NCBI GenBank assembly: GCA_040954595.2
Contig: CM082588.2
Location: 10,958,844-11,022,843 of the forward strand
Length of the DNA stretch: 64,000 bases
Source of the DNA: Balanoglossus misakiensis
Taxonomy: Eukaryota; Animalia; Hemichordata
Direction: 5' to 3'
The position numbers and the translations under genes are program-made. Below are positions 12,148 through 22,111 of this stretch, piece after piece. Position 1 is the stretch's first letter. Each line of letters starts with the position of its first letter. The notes beneath the pieces are model-generated. The model was not told the DNA's origin and made no database searches. It saw nothing but the letters and a program-made list of their open reading frames with translations.

Positions 12148-14064
12148 ATGGAGAACGCTGAACAACAGCTGCTGGATTTGGGAATAGAGCCCAGTCCAGT
12201 CGCCAAAAAGGGACCTGCAACTCGCAGTAAGACTACGACAAGAGCATCGACCGGTCGAAAAGTTCGCGTGGTCCCCCCCACCAAACTTTCCAAAGTACCA
12301 ATGGCGTCAGCTCGTTCGAAAGGCGGGAAATGTAGCAAACCTGTCAAGGAAGAAGACACTTCATCTGACGGGGAAGATGTGAGGTCAGAGAAAGAGAAGT
12401 TGCAGGCGGAGATAGCGAGACTGCAGGAGCAATCTGAAGTAGACAATTTAAGAAAACAACTAAAAGAAATGAAACTGGAGAAGGAACGACGCAGCCCGCC
12501 AGCCGCTTCGAGCGGAAGTCCCAGAAGTCACGACCTGAGTCAACTCACGCTACCCGATCTCAAGAGGATGGCGAAAGAAGACTCACAATTGCAGTGGTCG
12601 TTACCATCAGGCAGTCCGTGGCTACCAGCGACAGGGGCCGCTGGCGGCGGTGAAGACCTCCAACCGAACCAACTCCTGGCACAGTCCGGTTTATACACAG
12701 CAGCGCAGAGCAAAGCAGGTAACGTACCAATGAAATCGATGCGCTTCAACACCAGAACCGATCGTGTGCGACAGCACGTCCTATGGCCGCACATGTTCGT
12801 CAGGGCTCGGACATTCTCGGGCGCCCCACCAAAATTCGATGATATGTCAATGGCGGAATTTGTGGAAGGTAATCTCGCGATAGTGCAACTTCCTACTTTG
12901 AGTGACACAGAGAAACAGCAGCGATTACAACACTTACAGTCGCTTATGAAAGACGCCAATTTGTTTCCCTGGGACGCCATCTTGAAGTTCGAGGGCGCGC
13001 TCCTCTCTGACATGGAGTCAGGACTCAGAACATGGGCAAATGACACCGCAGATCTGAGAGAGCTATATTTGCTGCCGCGTATCGGCGAGATCAGACGGGA
13101 TAAAACAGCGGACAAATCCAAAAAGAAGGATCAGATTAATGTATGTTTCAAATACCAAAGTAACAAGTGCGAGAAGGAGGATTGCGCATTCAAACACATA
13201 TGTGAAGCCTGCATGAAGTTGCGTAACAACCTGGCCAAGCATCCCAAGATTGCCAGCCCCTGGAAGGATAAGGCCTTTAGAGAGCAAGAGAGCAACAAGT
13301 TGACCGATAGTTCTGGCAAAGCAGAGGTAGATAAGTCTAAACAAGACTCTCATGACTGTGACAGCAATTTAATTCCTAAATTGAACCATAGAGTCAAAAG
13401 TGCAGGCACGGAGTGTAATATCAATGACTTTTATACATTGATGGGCATCACAGATCAGGCAGTGCACAAGTGTGATCGCTCTGTACAAACTGACATGGAG
13501 ATTGATATTTCAAGAAGCCTGTCAATGTGCAACCCGGAGGTTTTGCGGGATGCTATTGTTAACCCTAGTAGTATTTCTGAACCAGTGCTTTCGATTGACG
13601 AGCCAGTAACATGTACCATTGCCAATGTTGCCTCTGAATATACAGGTTGTTTTGATACCTCTGTTAGCAGGGATAATGTTGACAAATACCTTTGTAAAAC
13701 TCATACAGTTGATTTGATAGAACCTGATATTGAGACTGATCTTGACAAGCAAATCCCTATTGAATCACTAGCCCATACCGTCGGTGATACCACTGAATTT
13801 GCATGTGAGATTAGCGCTCATGGTTCATCTGACGGTATGATCAGTGATGACCACGATGTCTTTGTTAGTGATATGTTTACTGTGGAAAATGTTCCAAATA
13901 TGGGGCCTCCCAACCCCACCCTTGTTGATCACAGTGTTCCAGACACTTATCCACTGGGCAATGATATGCAGTATTCTGAGTTATCAGATACTCCCGTGGG
14001 CGGGGATGTCTGTCCCCCGTCGTCATGGCCACAAGGGTCACCCCTTGATTTAAAGCAGAGGTAG
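12148..14064 (+). CDS. Ngaro unit 2 Gag-like protein plus linker (truncated by a 734-bp duplication frameshift)
   Basis: 638-aa ORF, near-identical to the unit 1 N-terminus. It ends in KQR* right after the duplication junction at 14051/14052. Confidence 0.85.
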   Translation: MENAEQQLLDLGIEPSPVAKKGPATRSKTTTRASTGRKVRVVPPTKLSKVPMASARSKGGKCSKPVKEEDTSSDGEDVRSEKEKLQAEIARLQEQSEVDNLRKQLKEMKLEKERRSPPAASSGSPRSHDLSQLTLPDLKRMAKEDSQLQWSLPSGSPWLPATGAAGGGEDLQPNQLLAQSGLYTAAQSKAGNVPMKSMRFNTRTDRVRQHVLWPHMFVRARTFSGAPPKFDDMSMAEFVEGNLAIVQLPTLSDTEKQQRLQHLQSLMKDANLFPWDAILKFEGALLSDMESGLRTWANDTADLRELYLLPRIGEIRRDKTADKSKKKDQINVCFKYQSNKCEKEDCAFKHICEACMKLRNNLAKHPKIASPWKDKAFREQESNKLTDSSGKAEVDKSKQDSHDCDSNLIPKLNHRVKSAGTECNINDFYTLMGITDQAVHKCDRSVQTDMEIDISRSLSMCNPEVLRDAIVNPSSISEPVLSIDEPVTCTIANVASEYTGCFDTSVSRDNVDKYLCKTHTVDLIEPDIETDLDKQIPIESLAHTVGDTTEFACEISAHGSSDGMISDDHDVFVSDMFTVENVPNMGPPNPTLVDHSVPDTYPLGNDMQYSELSDTPVGGDVCPPSSWPQGSPLDLKQR

Positions 14065-14785
14065 ATAAGTCTAAACAAGACTCTCATGACTGTGACAGCA
14101 ATTTAATTCCTAAATTGAACCATAGAGTCAAAAGTGCAGGTACGGAGTGTAATATCAATGACTTTTATACATTGATGGGCATCACAGATCAGGCAGTGCA
14201 CAAGTGTGATCGCTCTGTACAAACTGACATGGAGATTGATATTTCAAGAAGCCTGTCAATGTGCAACCCGGAGGTTTTGCGGGATGCTATTGTTAACCCT
14301 AGTAGTATTTCTGAACCAGTGCTTTCGATTGACGAGCCAGTAACATGTACCATTGCCAATGTTGCCTCTGAACACACAGGTTGTTTTGATACCTCTGTTA
14401 GCAGGGATAATGTTGACAAATACCTTTGTAAAACTCATACAGTTGATTTGATAGAACCTGATATTGAGACTGATCTTGACAAGCAAATCCCTATTGAATC
14501 ACTAGCCCATACCGTCGGTGATACCACTGAATTTGCATGTGAGATTAGCGCTCATGGTTCATCTGACGGTATGATCAGTGATGACCACGATGTCTTTGTT
14601 AGTGACATGTTTACTGTGGAAAATGTTCCAAATATGGGGCCTCCCAACCCCACCCTTGTTGATCACAGTGTTCCAGACACTTATCCACTGGGCAATGATA
14701 TGCAGTATTCTGAGTTATCAGATACTCCCGTGGGCGGGGATGTCTGTCCCCCGTCGTCATGGCCACAAGCGTCACCCCCTGATTT
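13318..14785 (+). repeat. 734-bp internal tandem duplication in the gag-pol linker (unit 2; also 18975-20442 in unit 3)
   Basis: AAAGCAGAGGTAGATAAG...GATTT is repeated at 13318 and 14052. The ORF-track offset 13455 vs 14189 is 734. Confidence 0.95.
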
Positions 14786-16454
14786 AACAGAAGTTATAAC
14801 CGTTCATGACATAGTTGTTGAATCAGGTTTACCAAATTCTCAATTTTGCAGAATACCCGTTTCATCAAATCTTCAAATCCCAATTTGGCGAGCCGAATTG
14901 CAGCAATATGATGACAAAATCATCTGCGATTACCTACAATATGGTTGGCCCGTCTACTATACAGCCTCAGAATTGCCATACTCTACAGTGAAAAACCACC
15001 CATCAGCTATAAATTACTCGGCGCATGTCGACAACTGGATCATTAACGAAGTCGCAGCCGGGGCTACAGCGGGTCCGTTCTTAACTAACCCCCTTGCCAC
15101 ACCACTCAGTACTTCCCCCATTCAGACTGTCGAAAAAAAAGATAGTGTTAATCGGCGTATAGTCTTTGATCTTAGTTCCCCAATCCACCATTCAGTAAAT
15201 GACGGTATCCCCAAAGGGGAATATCTTGGGGAGAGTTTTCAGCTTCAATATCCTTCCATTGATGATTTCACTGCAATGATGACCCGTAAGGGCAGGGGAT
15301 GCCTCCTATTTAAGCGCGATTTAAGCAGAGCTTATCGGCAAATACCAGTCGATCCAGCGGACTACCATTTGCTGGGCTACACGTGGCGTAATTTATTGTT
15401 CTTTGACCTTACATTGCCATTTGGCTTGCGAACCGCAGCGCTAGCCTGCCAGCGCACCACTAATGCGGTTTCTTATATCTATTCCACGAAAGGGTATGAC
15501 TGTGTTAATTACCTTGACGACTTCGGTGGTGCAGAGACCTCCAACAAAGCCCACAAGGCATTTGCGGAGCTAGGTGACACGCTGGATAGACTGGGTTTGC
15601 AAGAAGCCAAACACAAAGCGGTGCCCCCGTCATCAATCATGACTTTTCTTGGAATCCAGTTGAACTCCCTTACAATGACTATGGAAGTTACTCCTGACCG
15701 GCTTAATGAAATAGAGCAAGAGCTGGGTGTATGGGTCACTAAAACAAAAGCAACTAAGCGCGAGCTGCAATCACTCATAGGCAAGCTTTCCTTTATTGCC
15801 AAATGTGTCAAGCCTGGTAGGCTATTCCTGGCGAGAATGCTAGATGTGTTGCGTACCGTCACCCGCAATCACTACCATATCTATCTAAACAGTGATTTCA
15901 AGGCAGATCTACGGTGGTGGATTAATTTCATTAGGGTTTATAATGGGGTGTCTCTCATTAAAGAGTCAGGTTGGTGCCCGCCAGATGAAATATTTTCTTC
16001 GGATGCATGCCCAACAGGGGGAGGGGGGCTTTGCGACAACGAGTATTTCCACGTGGAGTTCCCTGACTTTGTAAAGGTTGGGGACCCTCACATTAATGCC
16101 CTCGAATTACTCACTATTACTATAGCGGCAAAAATTTGGGGTGATAGATGGTCTGGAAAGAAAATACAGGTCTCTTGCGACAACCAGGCAACAGTTTGGG
16201 TCATTAATACCGGTAGAGCTAGGGATAAACTAATGCTGTCTTGCTTGAGGGAATTATGGCTGGTAGCAGCGATTCACGAGTTTGAGCTACGTGCTGTGCA
16301 CATCGCAGGCACCGAGAACCGGCTGGCTGATGCGCTCAGTCGCTGGCATCTTGACCCAAGTTATGAGCAACTCTTCAAATCATCTGTTAATATTTCTCAA
16401 ATGACCGAGCACCCAGTCGCCGAGGATGACATTCGCTTTCTCAATGAGTGGTGA
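14115..16454 (+). CDS. Ngaro unit 2 reverse transcriptase-RNase H (open frame; native start lost)
   Basis: Intact RT (DLSRAYRQI, LPFGL, YLDDF) and RNase H (SDAC, ELL, CDN, ADALSR) motifs. The track start is TTG, not ATG. Confidence 0.9.
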   Translation: MNHRVKSAGTECNINDFYTLMGITDQAVHKCDRSVQTDMEIDISRSLSMCNPEVLRDAIVNPSSISEPVLSIDEPVTCTIANVASEHTGCFDTSVSRDNVDKYLCKTHTVDLIEPDIETDLDKQIPIESLAHTVGDTTEFACEISAHGSSDGMISDDHDVFVSDMFTVENVPNMGPPNPTLVDHSVPDTYPLGNDMQYSELSDTPVGGDVCPPSSWPQASPPDLTEVITVHDIVVESGLPNSQFCRIPVSSNLQIPIWRAELQQYDDKIICDYLQYGWPVYYTASELPYSTVKNHPSAINYSAHVDNWIINEVAAGATAGPFLTNPLATPLSTSPIQTVEKKDSVNRRIVFDLSSPIHHSVNDGIPKGEYLGESFQLQYPSIDDFTAMMTRKGRGCLLFKRDLSRAYRQIPVDPADYHLLGYTWRNLLFFDLTLPFGLRTAALACQRTTNAVSYIYSTKGYDCVNYLDDFGGAETSNKAHKAFAELGDTLDRLGLQEAKHKAVPPSSIMTFLGIQLNSLTMTMEVTPDRLNEIEQELGVWVTKTKATKRELQSLIGKLSFIAKCVKPGRLFLARMLDVLRTVTRNHYHIYLNSDFKADLRWWINFIRVYNGVSLIKESGWCPPDEIFSSDACPTGGGGLCDNEYFHVEFPDFVKVGDPHINALELLTITIAAKIWGDRWSGKKIQVSCDNQATVWVINTGRARDKLMLSCLRELWLVAAIHEFELRAVHIAGTENRLADALSRWHLDPSYEQLFKSSVNISQMTEHPVAEDDIRFLNEW

Positions 16455-17473
16455 CTGATTTTATTTTTATTTCAGATCACTGCCAAACTATCCAAGCCTT
16501 AGACGCTCAAATCGCTATCTCAATGAGGTCAGCATTAGCGGAAGGAACTCGTCGGAATTTGTCGTCACAGTTGAAGAGTTACTTCCTGTTTTGTCAGTTT
16601 TTCAATTTTACTCCTGTTCCAGCATCTGTTCTTACAGTGTGTAGATTTATCCAGTTTCTTGCAAGATCAGTAACTGCTACTGGCACCATTCAGAATTATT
16701 TGTACGCAATTCGTACCTTGCATAGAATCCATGGCTTCACGCCATTGGCCGCTGATCAGTATGTTGTCAAATTACTTTTGAAATGTCTTTCCCGTAGCAC
16801 TTTCCAGCCAGTGAGGCAGAAATTACCCATCACCCCCCAGTTGTTGCTACAGTTTTTCGGGCTTCTAGATGTGGCTGTTCCATTCGATGTTACTTTGTGG
16901 GCATGCCTTTTGATAGGGTTTTTCTCCTTTTTTCGCAAGTCAAATCTTGTTCCGAAGTCTGCAACCGACTTTGATCCGGCTAAACACCTCTGTAGGGGTA
17001 AAGTCATTTCCTCAGATTCTGGCCTTATAATCGGCGTGACTTGGTCAAAAACCATTCAGTTTCGCGAACGCTGTTTGACTATTCCACTTGCCCGCATTCC
17101 AGGTTCGGTGTTGTGCCCTTTACAGGCATACAATCACATGTGTGAGATCATCCCAGCCCCACCCTCTAGCCCAGCATTTGTTTTTCCCAAATGTGGCAAA
17201 TTGGTCCCCTTGACCCATTCAGGGCTGGTGAAAAGTATCAAATGTTTAGTTCAGAGGGCAGGCTTTCCTGCTGACATGTACTCGGGTCACAGCCTCCGTC
17301 GTGGGGGTGCAACCTTTGCATTCGAAAGTGGGGTCCCTGGGGAGCTTATCAAACTCCAAGGGGATTGGCAATCCAGCGCGTATCTCCGTTATCTTAACAT
17401 TCCATTTCAGACTCGTTATCTGGTGTCCTTTCAAATGGGTCAGCATATTAAAGACATCTCCGCGTCACACTGA
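16448..17473 (+). CDS. Ngaro unit 2 tyrosine recombinase (intact)
   Basis: Catalytic set R (FFRKSNL), K (WSKT), H-x-x-R (GHSLRRG), W (GDWQS), Y (AYLRY). Preceded by a strong splice acceptor at 16475. Confidence 0.94.
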   Translation: MVTDFIFISDHCQTIQALDAQIAISMRSALAEGTRRNLSSQLKSYFLFCQFFNFTPVPASVLTVCRFIQFLARSVTATGTIQNYLYAIRTLHRIHGFTPLAADQYVVKLLLKCLSRSTFQPVRQKLPITPQLLLQFFGLLDVAVPFDVTLWACLLIGFFSFFRKSNLVPKSATDFDPAKHLCRGKVISSDSGLIIGVTWSKTIQFRERCLTIPLARIPGSVLCPLQAYNHMCEIIPAPPSSPAFVFPKCGKLVPLTHSGLVKSIKCLVQRAGFPADMYSGHSLRRGGATFAFESGVPGELIKLQGDWQSSAYLRYLNIPFQTRYLVSFQMGQHIKDISASH

Positions 17474-17804
17474 TTTTACTGTGGCACTAGCAGAGAGGCG
17501 GACCGGGTTTGGCAGTGGTTGGGCCTGCAAGAGCCCCCAGTTCACGTAAATAAATAATGGCTCTTGCCTTCAGCTGCCAAACCTGTGTCCTTGGTTTGTG
17601 TGTTAGAGAGATCTCAAGTAATTTAGGTAACATTGCGATCAACGGCATAATGTTACCCAATTAAGCAACTCGAAAAGGGGCGCCCTCAACCTCAAACGAG
17701 CCTCAAAAATCCCATAATCCATCACTCACGGCCACTTCAAGGGTTCGGAGCGTGTCCTGCAGTGCACGCTCTCTCTGCCTCAATTTCAATTTCTCACCGT
17801 TATT

Positions 17805-19721
17805 ATGGAGAATGCTGAACAACAGCTGCTGGATTTGGGAATAGAGCCCAGTCCAGTCGCCAAAAAGGGACCTGCAACCCGCAGTAAGACTACGACAAGA
17901 GCATCGACCGGTCGAAAAGTTCGCGTGGTCCCCCCCACCAAACTTTCCAAAGTACCAATGGCGTCAGCTCGTTCGAAAGGCGGGAAATGTAGCAAACCTG
18001 TCAAGGAAGAAGACACTTCATCTGACGGGGAAGATGTGAGGTCAGAGAAAGAGAAGTTGCAGGCGGAGATAGCGAGACTGCAGGAGCAATCTGAAGTAGA
18101 CAATTTAAGAAAACAACTAAAAGAAATGAAACTGGAGAAGGAACGACGCAGCCCGCCAGCTGCTTCGAGCGGAAGTCCCAGAAGTCACGACCTGAGTCAA
18201 CTCACGCTACCCGATCTCAAGAGGATGGCGAAAGAAGACTCACAATTGCAGTGGTCGTTACCATCAGGCAGTCCGTGGCTACCAGCGACAGGGGCCGCTG
18301 GCGGCGGTGAAGACCTCCAACCGAACCAACTCCTGGCACAGTCCGGTTTATACACAGCAGCGCAGAGCAAAGCAGGTAACGTACCAATGAAATCGATGCG
18401 GTTCAACACCAGAACCGATCGTGTGCGACAGCACGTCCTATGGCCGCACATGTTCGTCAGGGCTCGGACATTCTCGGGCGCCCCACCAAAATTCGATGAT
18501 ATGTCAATGGCGGAATTTGTGGAAGGTAATCTCGCGATAGTGCAACTTCCTACTTTGAGTGACACAGAGAAACAGCAGCGATTACAATACTTACAGTCGC
18601 TTATGAAAGACGCCAATTTGTTCCCCTGGGACGCCATCTTGAAGTTCGAGGGCGCGCTCCTCTCTGACATGGAGTCAGGACTCAGAACATGGGCAAATGA
18701 CACCGCAGATCTGAGAGAGCTATATTTGCTGCCGCGTATCGGCGAGATCAGACGGGATAAAACAGCGGACAAATCCAAAAAGAAGGATCAGATTAATGTA
18801 TGTTTCAAATACCAAAGTAACAAGTGCGAGAAGGAGGATTGCGCATTCAAACACATATGTGAAGCCTGCATGAAGTTGCGTAACAACCTGGCCAAGCATC
18901 CCAAGATTGCCAGCCCCTGGAAGGATAAGGCCTTTAGAGAGCAAGAGAGCAACAAGTTGACCGATAGTTCTGGCAAAGCAGAGGTAGATAAGTCTAAACA
19001 AGACTCTCATGACTGTGACAGCAATTTAATTCCTAAATTGAACCATAGAGTCAAAAGTGCAGGCACGGAGTGTAATATCAATGACTTTTATACATTGATG
19101 GGCATCACAGATCAGGCAGTGCACAAGTGTGATCGCTCTGTACAAACTGACATGGAGATTGATATTTCAAGAAGCCTGTCAATGTGCAACCCGGAGGTTT
19201 TGCGGGATGCTATTGTTAACCCTAGTAGTATTTCTGAACCAGTGCTTTCGATTGACGAGCCAGTAACATGTACCATTGCCAATGTTGCCTCTGAACACAC
19301 AGGTTGTTTTGATACCTCTGTTAGCAGGGATAATGTTGACAAATACCTTTGTAAAACTCATACAGTTGATTTGATAGAACCTGATATTGAGACTGATCTT
19401 GACAAGCAAATCCCTATTGAATCACTAGCCCATACCGTCGGTGATACCACTGAATTTGCATGTGAGATTAGCGCTCATGGTTCATCTGACGGTATGATCA
19501 GTGATGACCACGATGTCTTTGTTAGTGATATGTTTACTGTGGAAAATGTTCCAAATATGGGGCCTCCCAACCCCACCCTTGTTGATCACAGTGTTCCAGA
19601 CACTTATCCACTGGGCAATGATATGCAGTATTCTGAGTTATCAGATACTCCCGTGGGCGGGGATGTCTGTCCCCCGTCGTCATGGCCACAAGCGTCACCC
19701 CTTGATTTAAAGCAGAGGTAG
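17805..19721 (+). CDS. Ngaro unit 3 Gag-like protein plus linker (truncated by duplication frameshift)
   Basis: 638-aa ORF essentially identical to unit 2. Confidence 0.85.
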   Translation: MENAEQQLLDLGIEPSPVAKKGPATRSKTTTRASTGRKVRVVPPTKLSKVPMASARSKGGKCSKPVKEEDTSSDGEDVRSEKEKLQAEIARLQEQSEVDNLRKQLKEMKLEKERRSPPAASSGSPRSHDLSQLTLPDLKRMAKEDSQLQWSLPSGSPWLPATGAAGGGEDLQPNQLLAQSGLYTAAQSKAGNVPMKSMRFNTRTDRVRQHVLWPHMFVRARTFSGAPPKFDDMSMAEFVEGNLAIVQLPTLSDTEKQQRLQYLQSLMKDANLFPWDAILKFEGALLSDMESGLRTWANDTADLRELYLLPRIGEIRRDKTADKSKKKDQINVCFKYQSNKCEKEDCAFKHICEACMKLRNNLAKHPKIASPWKDKAFREQESNKLTDSSGKAEVDKSKQDSHDCDSNLIPKLNHRVKSAGTECNINDFYTLMGITDQAVHKCDRSVQTDMEIDISRSLSMCNPEVLRDAIVNPSSISEPVLSIDEPVTCTIANVASEHTGCFDTSVSRDNVDKYLCKTHTVDLIEPDIETDLDKQIPIESLAHTVGDTTEFACEISAHGSSDGMISDDHDVFVSDMFTVENVPNMGPPNPTLVDHSVPDTYPLGNDMQYSELSDTPVGGDVCPPSSWPQASPLDLKQR

Positions 19722-19771
19722 ATAAGTCTAAACAAGACTCTCATGACTGTGACAGCAATTTAATTCCTAAA

Positions 19772-22111
19772 TTGAACCATAGAGTCAAAAGTGCAGGCAC
19801 GGAGTGTAATATCAATGACTTTTATACATTGATGGGCATCACAGATCAGGCAGTGCACAAGTGTGATCGCTCTGTACAAACTGACATGGAGATTGATATT
19901 TCAAGAAGCCTGTCAATGTGCAACCCGGAGGTTTTGCGGGATGCTAGTGTTAACCCTAGTAGTATTTCTGAACCAGTGCTTTCGATTGACGAGCCAGTAA
20001 CATGTACCATTGCCAATGTTGCCTCTGAACACACAGGTTGTTTTGATACCTCTGTTAGCAGGGATAATGTTGACAAATACCTTTGTAAAACTCATACAGT
20101 TGATTTGATAGAACCTGATATTGAGACTGATCTTGACAAGCAAATCCCTATTGAATCACTAGCCCATACCGTCGGTGATACCACTGAATTTGCATGTGAG
20201 ATTAGCGCTCATGGTTCATCTGACGGTATGATCAGTGATGACCACGATGTCTTTGTTAGTGATATGTTTACTGTGGAAAATGTTCCAAATATGGGGCCTC
20301 CCAACCCCACCCTTGTTGATCACAGTGTTCCAGACACTTATCCACTGGGCAATGATATGCAGTATTCTGAGTTATCAGATACTCCCGTGGGCGGGGATGT
20401 CTGTCCCCCGTCGTCATGGCCACAAGCGTCACCCCCTGATTTAACAGAAGTTATAACCGTTCATGACATAGTTGTTGAATCAGGTTTACCAAATTCTCAA
20501 TTTTGCAGAATACCCGTTTCATCAAATCTTCAAATCCCAATTTGGCGAGCCGAATTGCAGCAATATGATGACAAAATCATCTGCGATTACCTACAATATG
20601 GTTGGCCCGTCTACTATACAGCCTCAGAATTGCCATACTCTACAGTGAAAAACCACCCATCAGCTATAAATTACTCGGCGCATGTCGACAACTGGATCAT
20701 TAACGAAGTCGCAGCCGGGGCTACAGCGGGTCCGTTCTTAACTAACCCCCTTGCCACACCACTCAGTACTTCCCCCATTCAGACTGTCGAAAAAAAAGAT
20801 AGTGTTAATCGGCGTATAGTCTTTGATCTTAGTTCCCCAATCCACCATTCAGTAAATGACGGTATCCCCAAAGGGGAATATCTTGGGGAGAGTTTTCAGC
20901 TTCAATATCCTTCCATTGATGATTTCACTGCAATGATGACCCGTAAGGGCAGGGGATGCCTCCTATTTAAGCGCGATTTAAGCAGAGCTTATCGGCAAAT
21001 ACCAGTCGATCCAGCGGACTACCATTTGCTGGGCTACACGTGGCGTAATTTATTGTTCTTTGACCTTACATTGCCATTTGGCTTGCGAACCGCAGCGCTA
21101 GCCTGCCAGCGCACCACTAATGCGGTTTCTTATATCTATTCCACGAAAGGGTATGACTGTGTTAATTACCTTGACGACTTCGGTGGTGCAGAGACCTCCA
21201 ACAAAGCCCACAAGGCATTTGCGGAGCTAGGTGACACGCTGGATAGACTGGGTTTGCAAGAAGCCAAACACAAAGCGGTGCCCCCGTCATCAATCATGAC
21301 TTTTCTTGGAATCCAGTTGAACTCCCTTACAATGACTATGGAAGTTACTCCTGACCGGCTTAATGAAATAGAGCAAGAGCTGGGTGTATGGGTCACTAAA
21401 ACAAAAGCAACTAAGCGCGAGCTGCAATCACTCATAGGCAAGCTTTCCTTTATTGCCAAATGTGTCAAGCCTGGTAGGCTATTCCTGGCGAGAATGCTAG
21501 ATGTGTTGCGTACCGTCACCCGCAATCACTACCATATCTATCTAAACAGTGATTTCAAGGCAGATCTACGGTGGTGGATTAATTTCATTAGGGTTTATAA
21601 TGGGGTGTCTCTCATTAAAGAGTCAGGTTGGTGCCCGCCAGATGAAATATTTTCTTCGGATGCATGCCCAACAGGGGGAGGGGGGCTTTGCGACAACGAG
21701 TATTTCCACGTGGAGTTCCCTGACTTTGTAAAGGTTGGGGACCCTCACATTAATGCCCTCGAATTACTCACTATTACTATAGCGGCAAAAATTTGGGGTG
21801 ATAGATGGTCTGGAAAGAAAATACAGGTCTCTTGCGACAACCAGGCAACAGTTTGGGTCATTAATACCGGTAGAGCTAGGGATAAACTAATGCTGTCTTG
21901 CTTGAGGGAATTATGGCTGGTAGCAGCGATTCACGAGTTTGAGCTACGTGCTGTGCACATCGCAGGCACCGAGAACCGGCTGGCTGATGCGCTCAGTCGC
22001 TGGCATCTTGACCCAAGTTATGAGCAACTCTTCAAATCATCTGTTAATATTTCTCAACTGACCGAGCACCCAGTCGCCGAGGATGACATTCGCTTTCTCA
22101 ATGAGTGGTGA
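19772..22111 (+). CDS. Ngaro unit 3 reverse transcriptase-RNase H
   Basis: 779-codon frame with YLDDF and RNase H motifs, near-identical to unit 2. Confidence 0.9.
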   Translation: MNHRVKSAGTECNINDFYTLMGITDQAVHKCDRSVQTDMEIDISRSLSMCNPEVLRDASVNPSSISEPVLSIDEPVTCTIANVASEHTGCFDTSVSRDNVDKYLCKTHTVDLIEPDIETDLDKQIPIESLAHTVGDTTEFACEISAHGSSDGMISDDHDVFVSDMFTVENVPNMGPPNPTLVDHSVPDTYPLGNDMQYSELSDTPVGGDVCPPSSWPQASPPDLTEVITVHDIVVESGLPNSQFCRIPVSSNLQIPIWRAELQQYDDKIICDYLQYGWPVYYTASELPYSTVKNHPSAINYSAHVDNWIINEVAAGATAGPFLTNPLATPLSTSPIQTVEKKDSVNRRIVFDLSSPIHHSVNDGIPKGEYLGESFQLQYPSIDDFTAMMTRKGRGCLLFKRDLSRAYRQIPVDPADYHLLGYTWRNLLFFDLTLPFGLRTAALACQRTTNAVSYIYSTKGYDCVNYLDDFGGAETSNKAHKAFAELGDTLDRLGLQEAKHKAVPPSSIMTFLGIQLNSLTMTMEVTPDRLNEIEQELGVWVTKTKATKRELQSLIGKLSFIAKCVKPGRLFLARMLDVLRTVTRNHYHIYLNSDFKADLRWWINFIRVYNGVSLIKESGWCPPDEIFSSDACPTGGGGLCDNEYFHVEFPDFVKVGDPHINALELLTITIAAKIWGDRWSGKKIQVSCDNQATVWVINTGRARDKLMLSCLRELWLVAAIHEFELRAVHIAGTENRLADALSRWHLDPSYEQLFKSSVNISQLTEHPVAEDDIRFLNEW

